Of a stretch of 64,000 bases of DNA, positions 20,064 through 29,463 are shown piece after piece. A model generated the notes under the pieces. That model saw only the letters and a list, made by a program, of their open reading frames with translations, was not told the DNA's origin and ran no database searches. Made by a program: the position numbers and the translations under genes. The DNA comes from Theionarchaea archaeon (lineage in GTDB: Archaea; Methanobacteriota_B; Thermococci; Methanofastidiosales; SZ-28-30), in the NCBI GenBank assembly GCA_018992685.1, contig JACVGT010000011.1, forward strand, positions 32,001-96,000. The letters run 5' to 3'. Each line of letters begins with the position of its first letter. Positions within the stretch are counted from its first letter, which is position 1.

Positions 20064-22112
20064 ATGAGATCATTAGTCGCGTTTGCCATGATCCTCCTAA
20101 TTTTCTGCGGTTGTGCTGAGCAATCACGTGACGAAGAACCAGTATCCTCAGCCACCCTTCCTGACCGGACATCGGCTGGACCTGTGATTGAAGCACCTTC
20201 TGAAGAACCCGAAGAATTTCTCTTTCCCCTCTCTCCAGAAGACGAAGAAGCCTATTCAAAGGCGCTCCACGATATCGAACAGTACAGAAAAGGAGATGTC
20301 ACCGTAACTGTTGTCAGCAAAGAAGGAACCTCTCTTCCCAATGTGACCGTGGAATACCATCAGGTCAAGCACAGCTTCTTGTTCGGCATCTTCACCCCGT
20401 ACAACCCTGACATATTCCAGTTGATGAAAGAAGCGGGGATCAATTATGTTACCTTCCACTTTAACTGGCAGGCTACAGAACCTCAGGAGAACACATTTGA
20501 CTTTCTTGGATTGGAATATGCTTGGGGTGTGAACCCTCTGTATGATCAGGGATTCACATTGAAGGCTCACGCTCTAACCTGGATGTCAGATGAGGTGACT
20601 CCAGACTACATGAGGAACGTCTCTTTCCAATCATATAAGGAAAAATCCTGCCAGCACATTCATGACATTGTTTCTCATTTTAAAGAACAAATACACATCT
20701 GGAACGTCATCAATGAACCCATGGCAGAGTGGGCAAACATCTACAACCTCTCTGAAGAACAGGTAGAAGAGGCCATTACAACAGGGGTAGAAGCAGTGAG
20801 AAAGGCCGATCCTCAAGGGAGAATCATCATTAACAATGCATCACCTGCAGGTGAAAACCACATTATACCGCCATATGATTTTCTCAGAGATTTAAAAGCA
20901 GATTATGATATTGTTGGTCTTCAGATGTACTATAATGGGTATACCCAGGAATATGAGGCGCCTCGTAGATCTCTTGCATATCTGGCTTCTCTGGTAGATC
21001 AGTTTTCAACACTAGAGAAGGAAATTCACATTACGGAGTTATCTGTTCCGTCTGAACCGGAAAAGGGGAGGAAGGGATACTGGGGATATCCGTGGAGTGA
21101 AGAACTGCAGGCCCAGTATGCACAGGTGGCCTACACATTATTCTTTTCGAAGAAGGAAGTGAAGGCTGTGACCTGGTGGGACGCATCTGATGCTGCATGT
21201 TTCATGTACCATGGGGGGTTGCTGGATGAGAATAACAATCCGAAAAGAATCTACTACGCGGTAAAAACCTTGATTCAATCGTGGACAACCCGTGGAACGC
21301 AGGTGACAGATGTCAATGGGAATATTGCATTCAGAGGGTTTGGCGGCCTCTATGAAGTGAAAATCAATGATGATGAGACAGGGCTGGTGTATGAGGGGAT
21401 GTTTGAGGTGAACGAACAGAACGTGAATGATATTTTGATCGTGATTGATCCTGAAACACTACAGAAAGAACAAGATCTGAAAAGACAGCAGACAATCGAG
21501 GAATTGAACAGGGTGGTCACAGACATCAAATGGCTCTTGGACTACTGGAAGAATCAAGGAAAAGACGTGACGACTCAGGAGAGGGAATTAGAAGATGTTC
21601 TGATCCTGGAACCAGAGGAAGCTCTTGAAGAGGCAGTAGCTCTCCGACTACAGGTTGCGATTGAAAGGGAATCAGTACACAGCTGGGAGACGTTCGAAAA
21701 CACGAATAAATCTCTTTTTGATCTTTCATGGGCTGATTCTGGAGTCTTACTGACAAGTGGGGCTCTATACAAACCAATATCATTAAAGAAAGGGAGGATT
21801 GCAGTGAGAATCTTGGCCAAAGGTGATGAAGGTGGAGGTGCCTTCCCATTCTTTTTTGTTATGGCAGGAAGTTCTGTGTCGGATGTTATCCGCATTACCA
21901 GTTCTCAATGGCAGTGGTATGAAATCGTACTGGACACAAATGGAGCAGAGGACATTGCACTCATCTTCACCAATGACTATTACGACCCAAGAACAGGAGA
22001 AGATCGGAACCTGTATATTCAGGAGGTAATCATCACTGAATATCTCTATTCTGATTGGTCATCCTTATCATACTTGAAAGGAGGCCCCAGTCTCTATCAC
22101 TTTGCTCATTAG
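20064..22112 (+). CDS. GH10 (endo-xylanase-like) lipoprotein with C-terminal carbohydrate-binding-like domain
   Basis: Lipobox FCGC; KAHALTW, WNVINEP (acid/base), IHITEL (nucleophile); C-terminal FTNDYY...EDRNLYI. Confidence 0.75.
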   Translation: MRSLVAFAMILLIFCGCAEQSRDEEPVSSATLPDRTSAGPVIEAPSEEPEEFLFPLSPEDEEAYSKALHDIEQYRKGDVTVTVVSKEGTSLPNVTVEYHQVKHSFLFGIFTPYNPDIFQLMKEAGINYVTFHFNWQATEPQENTFDFLGLEYAWGVNPLYDQGFTLKAHALTWMSDEVTPDYMRNVSFQSYKEKSCQHIHDIVSHFKEQIHIWNVINEPMAEWANIYNLSEEQVEEAITTGVEAVRKADPQGRIIINNASPAGENHIIPPYDFLRDLKADYDIVGLQMYYNGYTQEYEAPRRSLAYLASLVDQFSTLEKEIHITELSVPSEPEKGRKGYWGYPWSEELQAQYAQVAYTLFFSKKEVKAVTWWDASDAACFMYHGGLLDENNNPKRIYYAVKTLIQSWTTRGTQVTDVNGNIAFRGFGGLYEVKINDDETGLVYEGMFEVNEQNVNDILIVIDPETLQKEQDLKRQQTIEELNRVVTDIKWLLDYWKNQGKDVTTQERELEDVLILEPEEALEEAVALRLQVAIERESVHSWETFENTNKSLFDLSWADSGVLLTSGALYKPISLKKGRIAVRILAKGDEGGGAFPFFFVMAGSSVSDVIRITSSQWQWYEIVLDTNGAEDIALIFTNDYYDPRTGEDRNLYIQEVIITEYLYSDWSSLSYLKGGPSLYHFAH

Positions 22113-22364
22113 GGTGGTCCCTACTGAATAGTTCAAGAAGAGAAGTGACTCACACTGAGATCATGATCATGATCATGAGATTGTTCCTCCTTTGATTTAG
22201 ATGATTTCCCAGAGTCTATTCCAACTGGTAGATTCCACATATGTATATACAGTGATCAGAAAAAGACAGTTTTCCCTCATTCTTTGTGGAAAACTTTGTC
22301 CAGCCGGTTCATCTCCACGCAAGATTTATAAAGCTCTCTTCATCTCTAGGCACAGGTGATTCTT

Positions 22365-22871
22365 ATGGCACATTTACGACCTGGAAAAATCGACCGGAAT
22401 GTGGACAAACCCTCATACACACGGAGGAAGTACATACGCGGGGTTCCCGGTATCAAGATCGTGCACTTTGATATGGGAAATACCAGGCGGATCTTCCCCT
22501 TTGAGGTTTCGCTTGTGGTCAAAGAACCGATTCAGATACGGCACAATGCCCTTGAAGCTGCGCGTGTTATCTCTCACCGGTATCTGGAAAAACGAGTCGG
22601 TCCTACCAACTATCACATGAAGATCAGGACTTTCCCTCACGAGATTCTGAGGGAAAACCGCATGGCATCGGGGAAGAAGGCGGACCGGTATGGAGACGGC
22701 ATGAGGCGTTCCTTTGGCAAGCCAATGGGAACCGCAGCTCGGCTGGAAGAAAATCAGAAAGTGATTTCCATCTGGGTGGATGAAAACAGGATTTCTCACG
22801 CTAAGGAAGCTTTGAGAAAAGCAGGACATAAGTTCCCAGTTCGAGTGTCTATCTGCGTGGAAAACGCCTGA
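22365..22871 (+). CDS. rpl10e: 50S ribosomal protein L10e (uL16)
   Basis: YTRRKYIRGVP, QIRHNALEAAR, DGMRRSFGKP; GGTGA RBS. Confidence 0.97.
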   Translation: MAHLRPGKIDRNVDKPSYTRRKYIRGVPGIKIVHFDMGNTRRIFPFEVSLVVKEPIQIRHNALEAARVISHRYLEKRVGPTNYHMKIRTFPHEILRENRMASGKKADRYGDGMRRSFGKPMGTAARLEENQKVISIWVDENRISHAKEALRKAGHKFPVRVSICVENA

Positions 22872-22882
22872 TATTCCTCCAA

Positions 22883-23317
22883 CTAGTACCTTTTTCTTCC
22901 ATAACTTCTGTCCCGGCTTCCATATCTCCTGTCCTGACCTCCAAATCGGGGTCGGGGCTGGCGTTCTACTTTCTTATCGGATACGTTGCTTTCCATGTTG
23001 GGCTCTATTTCCTCAGAACTCACCTCCATGTGCCCAAGCCTCCCTAGACTGAGCCGCATGGAATCTTTAAATACCGTAATGTAGCCGTTCGTAATGGAAT
23101 AGCTCGTTCCTTCGTGGACAGTTTCGATGTTCTCATTCCAGACACTGAGAATGATGCAGCCAGTAGAGTCGCCCACCAGAACATCAGAGACACGGTGTGC
23201 AGAACCATCCTTTCTGGACACTACATCACGAGGTTCGCCCTTATTGATGACCTGCACCTTGAGATTCACATTCCGGGACCCCGGATTAAGATCTGCAATT
23301 TTCATGATCGGTTCCAA
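22883..23317 (-). CDS. ssb: Single OB-fold single-stranded DNA-binding protein
   Basis: MKIADL, VGDSTGCIILSVW, NGYITVF; Arg/Gly-rich tail; GGAGG RBS with TTG start. Confidence 0.85.
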   Translation of the reverse strand: MEPIMKIADLNPGSRNVNLKVQVINKGEPRDVVSRKDGSAHRVSDVLVGDSTGCIILSVWNENIETVHEGTSYSITNGYITVFKDSMRLSLGRLGHMEVSSEEIEPNMESNVSDKKVERQPRPRFGGQDRRYGSRDRSYGRKRY

Positions 23318-23469
23318 ATAGATACCTCCTCTTCTTGGTTACATGTTGTCCTTTAAATGGTTTCGGGTAAACGCGATCTGTCCCTTCGTTCGTGGTGGGT
23401 CCACAGGCACGTGACATGAGCCACTCACAAGAACGAGACAGGTGAATCTGATCTCCTTTCCCACTCTGT

Positions 23470-23796
23470 CTATTTGTCGCCCGTCAAATTCAGGATTGCT
23501 GCAGCAATGTCACCGTTGGACTCCTTGAGTGCGTTCTCGGCCTCATCTCGTGTGCACGCTGTCTGTTCCATCACCATCTTGATGTCTCCCTCTGGAATCT
23601 CCTTATGTCTTCTTCTGGTTGTGTAGTTGCCTGACACTTGAAAGGTCTTCTGACCGGCAGCACTAATGGATGCCACATCAGGGTTCTTGAATACGTATTC
23701 TTCATCGGGAGTTCTAATAATGACTTCCTCTGCTTCGATTTCACTCATCTTGACGCCAGCTTGCTTCATCAACCTGCGCATCCTTGTATCGAACAT
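23470..23796 (-). CDS. nac: Nascent polypeptide-associated complex protein
   Basis: MRRLMKQAG...EEVII...TFQV; UBA-like ALKESNGDIAAAILNL. Confidence 0.93.
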   Translation of the reverse strand: MFDTRMRRLMKQAGVKMSEIEAEEVIIRTPDEEYVFKNPDVASISAAGQKTFQVSGNYTTRRRHKEIPEGDIKMVMEQTACTRDEAENALKESNGDIAAAILNLTGDK

Positions 23797-23806
23797 TACA
23801 TCCCTC

Positions 23807-24544
23807 CTACATGATACGCTCTTTCATGTCGAAAAGCAGTCCTTCCTTACCAATGCGGTAACCCACATTCTTTGTGTTATAAACCATTTTCTTGAACTTG
23901 TAAATATTCATGAACAGCTCTGTAAAGTGATGGCCTACCACCTTCCGTGAGAAATGGACCACATTGTCTGCCAGGTAGAGCAGTGCAGTCTCCACTTTGG
24001 GATCGTGCATTCCGTCCACCAGGATGAATACGTAGGAACCTCCATATCGCTTGGCCATCATGCGCATACGATCAAAGAATTCACACACCATGTCGGGGCT
24101 GTTGTTCTGCAGGATGAAAGACAAAGAATCCACCACACACCTGCATTCTCCACGGGTCTTCTTGATCTGATCAAATAAGGCATGTTCTATCTGGTCCATG
24201 GCTGTGAGATCGTGCGCAAAGATCTTGAAAGGTGCGATTTTCTCGTCCGTATACTCCCTGTAGCGGGGGGTGAATGCATCAATGAAATGCAGTGTCCTGT
24301 TGTAGTACATGTTGACATCCCATCCAAAGAAGGTGATGTCCTCCAGAATGTCCTCTGGAGCTTGGTTACTGGTAAAGTAGACTCCTTCACCCCCATCTTT
24401 TAATCCACGGTACAGTATGCTCCAGGCTACCACTTCAGCTCCGCTTCCTGGATGGGAGTGCAGTATCGTTGTAGTTCTGTCGGGAATGCCGCCACCAACC
24501 AAAATGTCTAGGTCCTGACTACCCGTGCTGTAGACCTTCACCAT
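23807..24544 (-). CDS. KaiC/RAD55-like protein with degenerate Walker A
   Basis: STGSQDLDILVGGGIP, PGSGAE (no GKT lysine), FIDAF, VVDSLS, YLADNV. Confidence 0.8.
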   Translation of the reverse strand: MVKVYSTGSQDLDILVGGGIPDRTTTILHSHPGSGAEVVAWSILYRGLKDGGEGVYFTSNQAPEDILEDITFFGWDVNMYYNRTLHFIDAFTPRYREYTDEKIAPFKIFAHDLTAMDQIEHALFDQIKKTRGECRCVVDSLSFILQNNSPDMVCEFFDRMRMMAKRYGGSYVFILVDGMHDPKVETALLYLADNVVHFSRKVVGHHFTELFMNIYKFKKMVYNTKNVGYRIGKEGLLFDMKERIM

Positions 24545-24972
24545 GGGTAGTACTATAGCGCGTCGCTCTTAAAAGGTTTGCTTTACAATCGATTTCAGAA
24601 TGCACAGGATGAGCGCTATTCCGCAGGTATGAGGTGGGCTGCCATGGTCTCGTCTGAAAGACTTTCTGCCCCTTTTACGGATTCACAGAGGTTCGTGTGC
24701 ATATTTTTACGGTTCTCTCGTTGCCTCTCTTTTCCTGAATCCGCACCTGGGACAGCAGAAGCTTTCATTTGCCAGAAAGATCAGATATCCCACCACAATG
24801 TTCAAAACCAACAATGAAAGCCAGGAGAGTATGCCTTTAATCTACCGTGAGAATTTGTATGTTCTTATGGCTATTGCATCATGTTATTCTCTGTTTTTTT
24901 CACCTCTGGCAAGGTGGTTAGGTTAATGACCTAAATGTAAGCTCAAGAAAGACTCTGGTATAACGATACTAT

Positions 24973-24989
24973 CGAAACATTTATAAATA
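24973..24989 (+). promoter_or_regulatory. BRE/TATA promoter of RiPP cluster 1 precursor
   Basis: CGAAACA-TTTATAAATA about 40 nt upstream of ATG 25029; AGGAGGTG RBS at 25015-25022. Confidence 0.75.
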
Positions 24990-25028
24990 AGAAAGAGAAT
25001 AATAGCAAAACTACAGGAGGTGCGAACC

Positions 25029-25127
25029 ATGAAGTTTAACGTAAGGAAGTTGGAGACCGTCTCAACTACTGTTGCTGCAGCAGATGACGTGGTCCCTTGG
25101 AAAGAAGCCAAGCTGCAGTGCCTGTAA
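25029..25127 (+). CDS. Putative RiPP precursor peptide 1 (32 aa, MKFNVRKLETVSTTVAAADDVVPWKEAKLQCL), absent from the ORF track
   Basis: Manual translation; strong RBS, own promoter, oligo-T tract, immediately upstream of three RRE-rSAM genes. Confidence 0.82.
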   Translation: MKFNVRKLETVSTTVAAADDVVPWKEAKLQCL

Positions 25128-25151
25128 TCTTTCCAAAAGGGATCTAGAAAG

Positions 25152-25181
25152 TTTTCTTTGACTTTTTTGTTTTTTTTCTTT
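25152..25181 (+). terminator. Oligo-T archaeal terminator/attenuator after precursor 1
   Basis: TTTTCTTTGACTTTTTTGTTTTTTTTCTTT directly after the peptide stop. Confidence 0.65.
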
Positions 25182-25210
25182 GCCACATTGATGGTTATCC
25201 GGTGTGAAAA

Positions 25211-26551
25211 ATGCCTTACCTGCGAATAATCAAGACCTCAGTGATCAGAACGATTCCTCTGGGAGTGTACCTATGTGTCCCTCACGGGTTTGCGTCTGAA
25301 GCATACTATCCTGTGATGGAAGTTGACGAATCCATAAAAGAGGTTCTCACCCTCTGTGACGGGACACGAACTCGAGAGGATATCCTCAGTCACCTTGCTG
25401 CAGAAACTGGAGAATCTGTGGAGGAGGTGGCGGAAGGATTTGACCAGTTTGTGGAATACATGGTACAGGAGGGTGTACTGGAATGGAGAGAAGAACCGTC
25501 TCCTCTTGAGCCTCTTTACTTGAAGAATAGACCACTGGGGATTATCATGGAGATAACGTCCGACTGCAACCTGCAGTGCCCAATGTGTTATGCTGATTCA
25601 GGAACTGGGCACTCGTGCGATCTAGCGCTGGATGATGTGACCGCCATTGTTGAGGCATCTAAGAAAATGAGGTCAACGTCTCTCGTTATCACTGGAGGCG
25701 AGCCCCTCCTCCGGAAAGACCTGGTGATCTACATGCTGAAAGAGCTCTCCCCCGTAGAGACAGTGGACGTGGCTCTCTTTACAAATGGTACGCTCGTTAC
25801 CAGTGAATATGCACGAGACCTGTATGATGCAGGGCTAAGGCACGCTATTGTCAGTGTGGACGGACACACAGCAGAACTGAACGACAAAATACGAGGTCAT
25901 GGGGCTTTTGAGAAGACAATTCAAGGTATTCATTATCTCAGAGAACGTGGTATTCAAGTCAATGTTGTAACTACGATTTCTCAGACCAATTATCCATATA
26001 TGAAAGAGATCAGAGAGTTTACCTCCCAAATCGGAGACGGCAGCGGCTTGATCCCTGTTTCTCCTTTTGGAAGAGCTGCCCCGGAAATTCTCTTGACTCC
26101 AGAAGGAGTGTTCAGTGTCATGATGGCAAATCTTCCTCCTGGAGAACTTGAAATCAGTATCCCCCCTCGTGATAGATGCAATGTGGGACAGAGTGTTTAC
26201 ATTAGAGCTAACGGAGACGTCTTTCCCTGTGTGAATATGCAGATCCCTGAATTCAGGATGGGGAATATTCGAGAGGAAGATTTCTGGGAAATGTATCAAT
26301 CAGATCTGGTACGAAACCTCTTGCAACTGACAGTCAAGGACTTTGAGCAGTGCAGAGACTGTGATATTCGCTATTACTGCGGAGGCTCGTGTAGAGGGTT
26401 TGCTTACAAACTGAATGGCTCGTTGTACCTTCCAGACCCCTGGAATTGCGGGGCAAATAAGAAACTGACTGAAGAGATTTTGAAAAATGGTGGAGAGACT
26501 ACCAAGAAAGGACTCCGAGAGCTGCTAAAATCCACCAAGGAGTTACTATGA
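25211..26551 (+). CDS. RRE(PqqD-like)-radical SAM/SPASM peptide maturase A
   Basis: N-terminal LCDGTRT..DI wHTH; CNLQCPMC; TGGEP; SPASM C..GDVFPC..CRDC..CGGSC..C. Confidence 0.92.
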   Translation: MPYLRIIKTSVIRTIPLGVYLCVPHGFASEAYYPVMEVDESIKEVLTLCDGTRTREDILSHLAAETGESVEEVAEGFDQFVEYMVQEGVLEWREEPSPLEPLYLKNRPLGIIMEITSDCNLQCPMCYADSGTGHSCDLALDDVTAIVEASKKMRSTSLVITGGEPLLRKDLVIYMLKELSPVETVDVALFTNGTLVTSEYARDLYDAGLRHAIVSVDGHTAELNDKIRGHGAFEKTIQGIHYLRERGIQVNVVTTISQTNYPYMKEIREFTSQIGDGSGLIPVSPFGRAAPEILLTPEGVFSVMMANLPPGELEISIPPRDRCNVGQSVYIRANGDVFPCVNMQIPEFRMGNIREEDFWEMYQSDLVRNLLQLTVKDFEQCRDCDIRYYCGGSCRGFAYKLNGSLYLPDPWNCGANKKLTEEILKNGGETTKKGLRELLKSTKELL

Positions 26552-27025
26552 GGAAGAGATTTTTCATCATACCAGTCTGGTGAGAGATGAAGCCATCCGA
26601 GAGAAAGAGCCGAAAATAATAGACCTGTCCCGTTTCTTGGGAGTCCATGGAATTCCAGTGTATATTCCTGACTTTCTTCTTGGAATATAGGCTGGAACAT
26701 GTGCGGAGGTGATGAAATGCAATATCTAAGAGTGACAAAGACACCAATCGTCAGAAGAATGCCGCTGGGAACATATGCATGTTTCCCTTCAGGGTTTCAA
26801 CTTGAATCCTTCTATCCAATAATGGAAATCGACGGATCCATAGAAGAGGTTCTCACCCTCTGTGATGGAACACGAACTCGAGAGGATATCCTCAACCACC
26901 TTGCTGCAGAAAGTGGAGAATCTGTGGAGGAGGTGGCGGAAGGATTTGACCAGTTTGTGGAGTACATGGTACAGGAGGGTGTACTGGAATGGAGAGAAGA
27001 ACCGTCTCTTGTTGAGCCTCTTTAC
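25325..27025 (+). repeat. 195-bp near-identical direct repeat (25325-25519 and 26831-27025) encoding the RRE helices of maturases A and B
   Basis: Manual codon alignment: 10 mismatches in 195 nt, no gaps. Confidence 0.9.
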
Positions 27026-28063
27026 AGAGAGAACAGACCCTTCAGTATCACCATAGACATTACATCAGCGTGCAACCTTCAATGTGACTTCTGTTCGGCT
27101 GATTCAGGGGCCCCACGGGGTGATGATCTGACAATGGAACATATCGACCCTCTTCTTGAGCAGGTGAAAAAGTGCAAACCCACGCCTTTTGCCATAAGCG
27201 GCGGAGAGCCCCTTCTCAAGAAGGAAATGGTACTCCACATTTTGGAAGAACTTGCTTCCATTAGAGAAACTGCTGTGACCATTTTTACTAACGCGACCCT
27301 GGTGAATAGAGATTATGCTCAACAGCTTTATGATGCAGGACTGAGATATGCACGAGTCAGTGTGGACGGGCACACAGCACAGGTGCACGATGCAATACGA
27401 GGAAAGGGAACGTTCCAGAAGACGACTCAGGGAATACAGTATCTGAGAGAGCTTGGCATTCACGTCAATACCGTGTCTGTGATTTCCAAGACGAACTATC
27501 AGTATCTGGGTGAGATCAGACACTTTGTTAATCACATTGCAGACAGCTATGGTCTTGCTGTTGTGCAGGAGTATGGAAGGGGTGCAGAGTCTGGGCACCT
27601 GCTTCTCAGTGAAGAAGAACGGTTCAATGTTAATATGTCCAATCTCAGAACAGAAAACATTCAGACGAATGTCAGCCCTCGAGACAGATGCAACGTAGGA
27701 GAGACCATCTACATCAGAGCCAATGGAGATATCTTTCCGTGCTTCTATCTTCAGTTCCCCGAATTCAGAGTGGGTAATATTAAGGAGAACGATCTCTTTG
27801 AAATCTACGAACACAAGATCATGAAGGACCTGTTGAAAATGACTGTTGCAGATATCGAGGAATGCCGGGAGTGCGAGATCCGGTACTACTGTGGAGGCGC
27901 ATGCAGAGGGTTTGCGTATCTGGAGCACAGCTCAGTTCACGTTCCAGATCCTCTGAACTGTGAAAAGAACAAAACGATCGTTCGCATGATTCTGGAAAAG
28001 GGTGAGGAGAATACGAAGCAACTGCTCAGAGAAGTGTTGGATTCAACTTCAGCACTGGGATAG
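26717..28063 (+). CDS. RRE(PqqD-like)-radical SAM/SPASM peptide maturase B
   Basis: GGAGGTGA RBS before ATG 26717; LCDGTRT; CNLQCDFC; SGGEP; SPASM CREC..CGGAC. Confidence 0.92.
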   Translation: MQYLRVTKTPIVRRMPLGTYACFPSGFQLESFYPIMEIDGSIEEVLTLCDGTRTREDILNHLAAESGESVEEVAEGFDQFVEYMVQEGVLEWREEPSLVEPLYRENRPFSITIDITSACNLQCDFCSADSGAPRGDDLTMEHIDPLLEQVKKCKPTPFAISGGEPLLKKEMVLHILEELASIRETAVTIFTNATLVNRDYAQQLYDAGLRYARVSVDGHTAQVHDAIRGKGTFQKTTQGIQYLRELGIHVNTVSVISKTNYQYLGEIRHFVNHIADSYGLAVVQEYGRGAESGHLLLSEEERFNVNMSNLRTENIQTNVSPRDRCNVGETIYIRANGDIFPCFYLQFPEFRVGNIKENDLFEIYEHKIMKDLLKMTVADIEECRECEIRYYCGGACRGFAYLEHSSVHVPDPLNCEKNKTIVRMILEKGEENTKQLLREVLDSTSALG

Positions 28064-28105
28064 TTCTCTTTATTGCAGCAGTATCCATGGATCGAAGGGA
28101 GGGAC

Positions 28106-29461
28106 ATGAAGATGGATCATGTGAAGAAGCAATATCCTCGGGCTGTCCACCAGGTTGTCATCAGGCATACACGTGTTGGAGACTTCTTGATGTCAGGTGA
28201 CAGCTTGCTTGAAATGGATGGTCCGTCTCTTGAGGTAGTGAACTTGTGTGACGGTTGTCATACTGTCCAGGACATAGCAGAATGGGCAGCCAGAGAAGCA
28301 GACGAGCCTGTGGAAGAGGCGTATGAAGGGCTGATCCAGTTTCTGGACATGCTTTCAGGAGAAGGTGTCATTGTCTATAAGGATTCTCCAGACCCTTTCA
28401 ACCCTGTCTATTGCTATGATAGGCCGCTCTCTGTGATCTGGGAGATTACGTATGCATGCAATCAGCGGTGCAGGTACTGTATTGCTCAGGCTGGTACCCC
28501 TGATCCTGATGAACTCTCCCCACAGGAAATAGACAGAGTGCTGGACGAGCTGGTGGAACTTGGAATTGGGTTGATCAACATAACAGGAGGAGAGCCCCTA
28601 CTGAAAATGGATACTGCCCTTCACATAGCAAGGAGGGCCTCGGAGAATGGCATTGATCTCGAGCTGTTGACCAATGGAATGTTGATAACTTCCGACGTGG
28701 CTCAGAATATCTATGATGCAGGCATCCGGCATGCTCAGGTCAGTCTGGACTGTGTACGGCCAGAGGTTCATGATAACCAGAGGGGGGTGAAAGGTGCCTG
28801 GAAGAAAACTGTGAGTGGTATCCGAAACTTGAGAGATGCAGGAGTCAATGTCATGGCAGCGGCAGTCATGACCAGTGAAAACTTACAGTACTTTGAAGAG
28901 ACAAAGCAGTTTCTCAGGGAGATAGCTAATGTCGTCAAGATGGGTTCTGTTTTGCCAATGGGGCGGGGGGAGAACAGTATTTTTCTGCTCCCTCCTGAGG
29001 ACTATCTCACCTTTCTTAAATTGAGGAATACTGAAGAAGCCACGCTCACAGACTTCATTTTCTGCAGAGAGAAATGTTCTATAGGTACAACGCCTGTGAT
29101 TTCGCCACGGGGAGATGTGTATCCCTGCATGTTGACGAAATACGATGAACTGAAACTGGGAAATGTGAGGGATACGTCCATACACGCTATTTATGAGAAT
29201 TCTGATTTGCTTCAGGAGCTTTTCGACTGGAATGTGGACAAGGTAGATGCCTGCCATTCTTGTTGGAATCGCTACTACTGTGGAGGAGGGTGCAGGGGGT
29301 GCGCATTCGCATACCACGGGACTATTTATGGAAATGATCCATATCAATGTGCTGCCCGGAAGAAATTCGCTCGAGAGCTTCTTGTACGGGGAGATCCAGA
29401 AACTCGAAAAGCACTGAAACATCTAATCTTTTTAGCTAAGCATGACTCTGGTAGAGGATAA
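28106..29461 (+). CDS. RRE(PqqD-like)-radical SAM/SPASM peptide maturase C
   Basis: LCDGCHTVQDI; WEITYACNQRCRYC; TGGEP; SPASM GDVYPC..CHSC..CGGGC. Confidence 0.92.
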   Translation: MKMDHVKKQYPRAVHQVVIRHTRVGDFLMSGDSLLEMDGPSLEVVNLCDGCHTVQDIAEWAAREADEPVEEAYEGLIQFLDMLSGEGVIVYKDSPDPFNPVYCYDRPLSVIWEITYACNQRCRYCIAQAGTPDPDELSPQEIDRVLDELVELGIGLINITGGEPLLKMDTALHIARRASENGIDLELLTNGMLITSDVAQNIYDAGIRHAQVSLDCVRPEVHDNQRGVKGAWKKTVSGIRNLRDAGVNVMAAAVMTSENLQYFEETKQFLREIANVVKMGSVLPMGRGENSIFLLPPEDYLTFLKLRNTEEATLTDFIFCREKCSIGTTPVISPRGDVYPCMLTKYDELKLGNVRDTSIHAIYENSDLLQELFDWNVDKVDACHSCWNRYYCGGGCRGCAFAYHGTIYGNDPYQCAARKKFARELLVRGDPETRKALKHLIFLAKHDSGRG

Positions 29462-29463
29462 CC

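Noticed and set aside
22159-22178. GATCAT x3 tandem/palindromic microrepeat
   Set aside because: Too short, intergenic, no spacers; not CRISPR-like
24923-25186. 87-aa minus-strand ORF in the track
   Set aside because: Antisense shadow of precursor 1; promoter, RBS and terminator all point to the plus strand
26548-26619. Micro-ORFs MRKRFFIIPVW and MKPSERKSRK between maturases A and B as extra precursors
   Set aside because: No similarity to the precursor 1 leader and too short to carry leader plus core; likely incidental
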